Positions 56,601 to 64,000 of a DNA stretch of 64,000 bases are shown in pieces (the first letter of the stretch is position 1; each line of letters begins with the position of its first letter). The position numbers and the translations under genes were made by a program. The notes beneath the pieces were generated by a model. It was given only the letters and a program-made list of their open reading frames with translations. It was not told the DNA's origin and did not search any database. The DNA is from Phoronis australis. Lineage: Eukaryota > Animalia > Phoronida. The DNA lies in contig NMRA01000114.1 in the NCBI GenBank assembly GCA_002633005.1, positions 274,835 to 338,834 on the forward strand, written 5' to 3'.

Positions 56601-59600
56601 TGGTTCCTCGCCTAAGCTGACGCCCCCAGTCAAGAGGAGCATGGGACATCTCATGAACCCTCCACTGAAGGGCGACTAGTTAAGATACTGATATCTCATC
56701 TTGATATACTCACGCCACCTGGCGATCATGCACACGCAAGCCACCTCGCGATCATGCACACGCTTTTAACTCAGTGTAGGTGAAATTTGTCCTTTGCATC
56801 TACTTCCAACGTCAATACAGCAGTATCTTTGAGTGCAATTTCGCCAAAATGGCAGGATTTTATTGAGATGGCCCAAATTCCGCAGTAAACACCAGACCCT
56901 CCAACGCCCAAATCAGACCGTAACGATGCCCTCCATGACTCCAACTAGAAAAACGACCTTTTAGACATTTACATAGACAAAATCATCTGAGTATCATTGC
57001 TTATAAATACTGCAATAGTCATAGGTTTATAGTACATTCAATGAAATCATGCATTTCTCGACTCCATGCGACGACCATCTTGAGGCTTACATTGTTGCAC
57101 TCGACAAAATATGCCATCAACATCGACAGTTCTAGTCGCCCGATGAACGTCTGACAGCCTTTAGGGAGTGACATAATACTCCGCCATAATTGTTGTTTTT
57201 GACACCTATCGTTGCCCCGGTAACATCCACACATACTTCGCTCGGGTGACAATTATGTGCCGATTTTGACAGCGCATGTTTTCCCACTTGGCGTGTATTG
57301 TCCCCAAGGTAACAAGATGTGTCGAATGTGACAAAATGTGTCACAACAGACCTGCCGCGCATTATTTTCTTGGACAACTAGAACTTGAGCTCGCCTGTCA
57401 TCGGAAGTAGTTATCAGCGAACATTTAATGTTACGAAATTTAGGAGCAAAAAGATCTAGTCTTACCTAGTGCTACGCATTTTGTGAACTGCTCTATCGCT
57501 CCTTTAGAACATGCGTACGCCACGAAATTTTCAAACTGAAAATAAAACACACCTCTCAGAACTTTTTTCTAATCTCCAGAAAGCTCTCGAGTGAACACCA
57601 AAGCAAAGCTTGGAGAGAAATGGTACATTTTAAAGCAAGGGCACAATATCTAATTTTTTGTTTGTTATCTGGTTGTCATTATTTTAGAGCAGCCATTTTA
57701 AGGTTGCAGTCCACTCTGTATTGCTGGTTAAAAAAACAAAAACTGAACAAAACTGTCTACTCAATCAACTCAAAATATCCCTTTCCATGATAGGGTCACA
57801 TTTCCGTCACCAATAAGAACGTGGAAACCATCAGCAACTCAAGAAAACGTGTCCATTGCCACAACATTTATGAATTAGAATAAACATATTGCTTAAGAGA
57901 ACCCCAAAACAAACACACCACAGTCACAGGTTACCAACCCACAGGTCTTAACCGAAGCCTTCAAATAACCCATATTCACTATATTCTAAAATGAGTCCAT
58001 AGACAAAAATTCTTTTTCGACCTGGTTCCTCTACCAGACTCATTACTCACTCCTCGATGTCCAGCTATGCTTGATACATTTACAATGACTCCCTTTGTCT
58101 TGATCAGATGGGGAACAGCCAACATAGTGAGATGGTAAACTGACCTGCAACCAAAGATTGGAAAAATGAGGAAATGCACCAGACAGCTTATTTAGACGAA
58201 AAGTTCTTGAAAGTCTGGTAACATTTAATATTACTATTAATTTATGGATGGTTCTTGCAGGGTGATAGAATAGAATAAATCCTATTTATTCTATGTTGAT
58301 AGTCTACAAGCACACACACACGGAGTGAAGTGCTGTCTGTGGTATTATTTCATGAATTAAAAAGATGCTTAATTTGGTTTTTCCATATTAAGAGACAATA
58401 ACTAGGAGTAAGTCACTGAATTGCTTGACACAAAATAACAGTAGCTAGTCCTCATCAACCCCCACAAAGTTACAAAAAGATTGAAAACTAGGCCTACTAA
58501 CAACAAGTGTGACTATCAACCCGGGCAAGTTAACAGATAGCTGTGGGTAAAGACCAACATCAAACCATGGGATAGATTTGAAATATTGTGAGGTAGTATT
58601 TTCACTGGCCAATGCCTTATTATTCAGGGACAGTGCACAATTTGCATAACAGAGACAATACAGTTCGCATAACAGGGCAGTACAATTTGCATAACAGTGA
58701 CAGTATAATTTGAATAACAGGGACAGCACAGTTTGCATATTAGGGACAGTACAATTTGCATAACAGAGACAATATGGTTTGCATAACAGGGACAATACAG
58801 TTTGCATAACAGGGACAGTGTCATTTGCATAACAGTGACAGTGCAATTTGCATAACAGGAACCTAAAAAACGACCTCCATGGGAAAAATCATCACAAAAT
58901 GCTTTCGTAGTAAAAAAAGTTGTTCTTCTTTTGAAATTGCAGTATTGCTGTTTTCATTTAAACTCAAAAGCTTGTGGAAGACCCTAGAAAAATTTCAAAT
59001 GTGGCCATATTTGGAACATCATACCTCAGAAATGGATGACTGGAAATTTTTGAATGTGCACTCTTATCCCATAAGGTGTTAGGACTTGTTTTTAAATGTT
59101 TTATTTTTGTATGAGGTACTAAAAAATTGGACTTTTGTGATTTCCATGAAAAAAATAAAAGTTGCATAAAACAAAAGTGATATTTTAGAAAACTTCTACA
59201 GCATCTTTGAAATTTCATCTGTTTTAAAAAATTTGATTATGATATCGACACCATTGTTTTTCTTAGGAGGTACTTTTTTTTGCTAAATTTTATCAAAACA
59301 TGAAGCAGGCTGGTAAAAAGTCACAAGTCAAATTCCACAAAAGCTTTGCTTTCAAAAATATACATGCTTTTACTGTCAAATCAATACTTTTGTAGGTAAT
59401 TGGCTAAATATACAGACTAGCTGATAGGCTCCTACATAAGCTACGTTGTCATGTAATTTCTTCATGACAATGTTGTTTTCTTATTGTGGCAATGATGTTT
59501 ATTGATTCTCGTATTGCAGTTTTTTATTCTGGAACTATTGTTCTCTCATCATTATATTACACTTTGTGCATTGTTACAGTTGCATTGTACTTTCCTTGCC

Positions 59601-62451
59601 CTTTTTGCTTTTTAAATGTTGCACCTTGCTTCTTGTTGTGATATCGTCGTATTTTTGCGGGAGAGGGGGCATGGCAGTTATCTTGTTAATGTAAGATTGT
59701 TTTATCATTGTACCAGTGTATTTTTCTTGCACTTAACGTGCCTGCACACAGCCTAAAAATGGGGGGGCTTGAATTTTTGAGAATGTGGACCTTTTATTAA
59801 GATTCCCGGGGTACATTCAGAGCTATGAATACTGCATTCGCCCCCAGAGCCCCCCCCCCCCCTCAGAGTGCATGCATGATTACATTCTTGTCTTGTTGTT
59901 GCATGCCCATACTCTAGCTAATAGCAACATCATTTATGCCATTTCTAGTAGTAACATTACACAACAGTTTCCTAGTTGTTACATTGCTGTGTTCTTGTTG
60001 TTGTACAATTATATTCTGTTTTGGCAAGGTTTTTTATGGTTGCATTGCGCAGACATTTTATGTTGTGTTGCATTTCACTCCAATGCATTACTGTTAAACA
60101 ATCGTTGGACTGGTCTGCTGACACACCATTATAGAGTTATGTAACAGTGGCAGTGTCCCAACATGCCCCACTTTCTAATGTGATCATGTGACCCCTGTTT
60201 ACCTCATATTGATGTTCATCATGTCATCATACTGCTGCATAGATGTTGTTTCAATCGTTCCCGTCTGCCCAGCACCAGCGTTGTTCACCTGAGCAAAAAC
60301 CACAAAACAGAATGTACTACAACAACCAACAGATTATGTTTCCATGGTGTTGACCAAGTATGGTCACGGAGACTTCTAGCAGTCTATGATACTCGAGCTA
60401 AACATTATAGGCTTCCTCATTCGATGACTACAGCACAAAGTATTCACAACTCAGTAGTACGCCACCATAGGATGGGCAAACAGTCGTAACCAGAATGTAA
60501 AATAATACAGCTGTCTTTGATTCCTTAACTGTGATTTTAGATAAAGCTGTACCGGCTTTATTAAAATTTTCTGCTAGTAATTAAGCACTGAAATTAATGG
60601 ATCATGTACCACAAATATGACTGAGTTTTGCCTTGAAATTGACCAACAGCTCCATACCTTCTATTTAGAAAAGATAAATCCCTAAAAATCTTACAAAACG
60701 AACATGCGCATACATTTTTCCAGGTTCCTGTATACTCATATTTACTGAGATTTTATGTACTTCTGCACAGTACACAATTTTCCTCCCTCACAAACCTCAG
60801 ATGGCCAGGGAGAGAGAGAGAGAGAGAGAGAGAGGGGGAGGGGGGGAGAGGGAGAGAGGGAGAGAGGGAGAGAGGGAGAGAGGGAGAGAGACAAAAGTAT
60901 GTTCTTCCCTCTTATTCATTTTTGTAACACCAGAGCACAGAGACGTCCCATAACTTCAACACATCATTTGTGGCGCACTCAAAATTTGGAGCAAACAGAC
61001 ACTTGCAAGGTACTACGTGAGTTCACTGGTGAACAGAATGTAACAACAGGTTGTCAAAGAGATTCCCAGTGATATCATACCATGGATTAGTTCCATACCA
61101 AAATATCAAGCCGCTGATAGTGTTCCAGGGTGGTAGACATCACTTTCTTGATATCATCATCATTTCTGAGATCTGCCACCACAATTAATAAAGGCTGAAA
61201 TACAATTACACAAACCGTGGGTATCTCATCTAATTAGCCTTCTCTGTCACTCTTCATTCTTAGTACATAGTATAAAGAAAACCTGTTGTTTTATTTTGTA
61301 AAATTTACTATTTAAACTAAAATGTACAAAAACTAAACTCGATTACTAACATTTATTTTGTACAGTAATAAGACAACTACTGGTTTATTTCAATTATCGT
61401 AAAACACGAATGAACTAAATGCCACAAATGCGTGCACAAACACGTACAATTAAACACACCTTCACGTTGCTCTGTTGCTCACACTGTGTGCCAGTTTCTC
61501 CCAGCGTCTCCTCATTTCTCCCAGTCAAGGCTAACTGGGCACCAAGTTTGGCAAACAGGACAGCAGTAGCCCTACCAATCCCAGCACTTGCTCCTGTAAA
61601 CATTTTTACATTTTCTTGAGCATACCCAGCCTAAAAAATGGGGGGCTCGAATTTTTGAGAATGTGGACCTTCTACTAACATTTACAGGGTACATTCAGAG
61701 ATATAAATTGTGCATTTGCCAAATTTTGGTAGTTCTTGCCTTTTTAGTGGACTTTTGTCTAGTTTTCTATATTTCTTAGAAGTTTTTGTTTCAGTATGAG
61801 GCAGAAATTTTGGCCCACTTTGCCAAATGGGGGGCTCGTTCGAGTCTCCCGAGCCCCCCCCCCAGCCTCCGCATGGGAGCACGCATGATTTTCTCATCAG
61901 TGTAACTCACGTGCAACATAGGACAACTGCTTTTTTAAAATGCTTAAGAGGTGGAGATCACTTCGCATTCCTATTTTACCTGGCTGCACTTGATTAACTT
62001 CTGCCGGCCAACCAGTTAAGATAGTATTAGCAAACTGCCCTTATGAAACTGCAACGGTTGAGATCAGTTCGCATTCCTATAAAATTTACCCAGTTACAGA
62101 CAGTCCCATTAATTTTAATTGCTAAGAGCTCGCCAGCTCATTGGCCATATTGGATCGCTCTTGTATACCTTCTATCTTCATAGACAGCGACCACCGTCTC
62201 TACTGGCAGTGCCAGGCAGTAGAGACGGTGGTCGCTATCTTTCACAAGTTTCACATCAGTGCTTTTCTGACAGGACGGCGGAAAATCTGTCGTGCAGAAT
62301 TTTTCACGGATGTCAGCGCACAGCTTTGGAATAATGTGTTCACAAATTATCCAAACAAGAGAGTAGAACAAATTGCTGGGTGCAACACGTGTAAAAATTA
62401 CAATTTACCTGTAATCAAAGCAACCTTATTGGACAGTTTGCATTCCGCCAT
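53453..62451 (-). CDS. Classical short-chain dehydrogenase/reductase (3-oxoacyl-ACP reductase FabG-like), 265 aa
   Basis: Exons 62451-62409, 61593-61460, 61194-61099, 60288-60203, 58144-58051, 57535-57466, 54184-54148, 53958-53898, 53629-53453. [21 protein letters not shown] (YxxxK), [21 protein letters not shown]. Confidence 0.95.
53898..53958 (-). CDS. SDR exon 8
   Basis: [11 protein letters not shown]...AAK. Confidence 0.88.
54148..54184 (-). CDS. SDR exon 7
   Basis: [11 protein letters not shown]; 37 nt. Confidence 0.9.
56714..56763. repeat. 26-bp tandem duplication
   Basis: gccacct(g/c)gcgatcatgcacacgc x2. Confidence 0.8.
57466..57535 (-). CDS. SDR exon 6
   Basis: [18 protein letters not shown]. 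Confidence 0.92.
58051..58144 (-). CDS. SDR exon 5
   Basis: [20 protein letters not shown]. Confidence 0.92.
58627..58859. repeat. 23-bp minisatellite, ~10 copies
   Basis: gacagtacaatttgcataacagg variants. Confidence 0.9.
59738..59878. mobile_element. Internally deleted copy of the 17788 MITE family
   Basis: cagcctaaaaatggggggg..gaatttttgagaatgtggacc. Confidence 0.65.
60203..60288 (-). CDS. SDR exon 4
   Basis: VNNAG...MNINM. Confidence 0.92.
60809..60891. repeat. (GA)n / GA-rich microsatellite
   Basis: Direct inspection. Confidence 0.95.
61099..61194 (-). CDS. SDR exon 3
   Basis: PLLIVVADL...RLDIL. Confidence 0.9.
61460..61593 (-). CDS. SDR exon 2
   Basis: [11 protein letters not shown]...LTGRN. 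Confidence 0.92.
61617..61887. mobile_element. Copy of the 17788 MITE family, ~20 nt from the SDR exon 2 acceptor
   Basis: Colinear similarity with 17788-18039. Confidence 0.75.
62409..62451 (-). CDS. SDR exon 1 ([14 protein letters not shown])
   Basis: aagATGG start; g/gtaaat donor. Confidence 0.88.
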
Positions 62452-63047
62452 CTTGGCCGTCATGTGACTGATCACGTGCCGTTTATAAATGTGAACTGGA
62501 CGCAAGAGTTCATCTACCCTCTGACACAGCGCCACCTATATTGCAAAGTGGTAGGCAGGTTGAGGTCCGTTGCAGCTAACATTCCTCTAAATGAAGTCCG
62601 AATTCTTCTATAACGAGTTGAGTGTTTATTTCTTTCGCCCATATTCCTTATGAACATCAGTTCAGAATTTTGCACTTCGGTGAATGTGCGTCCACTGTCT
62701 GCGGCTTTATCTAGTGACTACGTAAAGATATGACAGAAATTCTCAAGTTCAGTCGTCAGAGCAGCCCCCATTGTGGACCATTCATGAGAAAGTGAAATGG
62801 ACCATTATGGTTCAGTGGCGGATCTACGGTATCACAAGGGGGGCCCAACATTTTGGCTATAAACATTTGGTCCAAGCGCGATTGTAGATGTGCATAGCAC
62901 CGAATGGGGGGCAAACCCCCCTCCCGACCAGGAAATTTTTCTGTTTTTTCCTCTAAAAATCAAGCATTTTCCTTGATTCCCGAAGTTTTATCCAAGAAAA
63001 AAGAAAAATACGAAGAATGTGTCAACCAACAAAAACTCCAAGAACTA

Positions 63048-63107
63048 CGGATTCGAACTCACGCCCTTGCTAGTATAGCGCGCGTGCTTAACCCCTACAA
63101 CACCACG
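63048..63107 (-). mobile_element. tRNA-derived (SINE-head-like) segment
   Basis: Minus strand shows A-box-like tggtgttgtagggg and B-box gagttcgaatcc; no clean cloverleaf. Confidence 0.5.
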
Positions 63108-64000
63108 ATTTAACTTTTAATTTGAAACTAAGACCTACTTATTTATGGTCCACAGCGTTTGCGCGCGAAAACTCCTTCTTTTTGTAATGCTCATTACATG
63201 TTTTTGTGCAATCGGTTCGTAACATATTTGTTGTATTTAAAATAGTCTTCAATTGCCCAAAAGATCAAATCCGTTTTTTGTGTTGGCAATAATGACGCGA
63301 TTGCTTTGGAAATCGTCTTTTAAGTTAAGGTTTGACAAAGAGAGAATTATGAGTTTCTGAGTGATTCACTAAGGCTTCGATTAAAATTGACATCTTACCA
63401 AAAGCGTCTGTTTTTTTCACCATCACTCTAATTCCAGTTTCTTTAAAAAATGAAGAAATTTTCTTCATTGCACAGTGGAGCAGACGACGGAAACGGAGTC
63501 GTAGTGCCCAGCGCCACTGCCGGTCGCCTGAGATATCACGGGAGAGCCTAAACTTAGCCATAGTTCCGTTACGATTGCGACGTGTTCCGAATTTGACACN
63601 CCCCCCCCCCCCCCTAAGTCGGCCTATGTGGTTCAATTCTAAGCTTGTTGTAGGTAATAGGTACTTGAGGTTATGGAAAGTAACGGTATGATAATTGCAA
63701 GCCTATGTTCATGACTTAGATCATTCACAGGGACGAGACCCATAGACATCACATATTAACTGTATGACGAGACCTCAGCCACTTGATCATGTGCCGCAGA
63801 GCACTAACGCCATAAATGTAATTGTTACATTTTACGTCATTGCTATATTTTATGTTGCTAGGCCTCTCCTAAACTGTAACAACTTGGTACTTCCCATACT
63901 GTACGCGTTGAATCTGTCGAGGGAAATACGGCCATGTAATAAAGTTTTCCGTATTCACCTCTCGCACCACTTCAACAGTGACCTCTGACATGGAAAGTTC

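Noticed and set aside
56272-56649. 125-aa minus-strand ORF in the SDR intron
   Set aside because: No recognisable domain or supporting splice structure.
58445-58846. Cys-rich metallothionein-like ORFs
   Set aside because: Translation of the 23-bp minisatellite.
59566-59590. miR-33-like gtgcattgttacagttgcattg
   Set aside because: Has an insertion relative to miR-33, lies in low-complexity sequence, and has no pairing arm.
63048-63107. Functional tRNA gene
   Set aside because: A/B boxes present but acceptor and anticodon stems do not pair; treated as a SINE-like relic.

Overview
Intron-rich eukaryotic genomic DNA from an invertebrate animal (probably a lophotrochozoan; this is inference), in a draft assembly with single-N contig joins. 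Four multi-exon genes were rebuilt by hand with GT-AG boundaries and consistent phases: CARM1/PRMT4 (+, 5'-partial, 332-19750), RRM2 (-, 29435-23077, 391 aa), STPG1/MAPO2 (+, 30292-41421, 344 aa, head-to-head with RRM2) and a classical FabG-like short-chain dehydrogenase (-, 62451-53453, 265 aa). Four blocks next to N joins are duplicated and look like uncollapsed haplotypes. Many MITEs and minisatellites are present. The most unusual observations are: (1) frame-preserving tandem duplications of the 3' splice site at two consecutive CARM1 exons; (2) a palindromic 6x22-bp intronic array whose only two variants are mutually compensatory; (3) a candidate regulated alternative CARM1 C-terminal exon; (4) a CpG-rich island (~38-52 kb) dense in CACGTG E-boxes, with a candidate spliced small-ORF transcript and hairpins but no recognisable conserved gene. 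Homology calls come from recalled protein motifs, not database searches.
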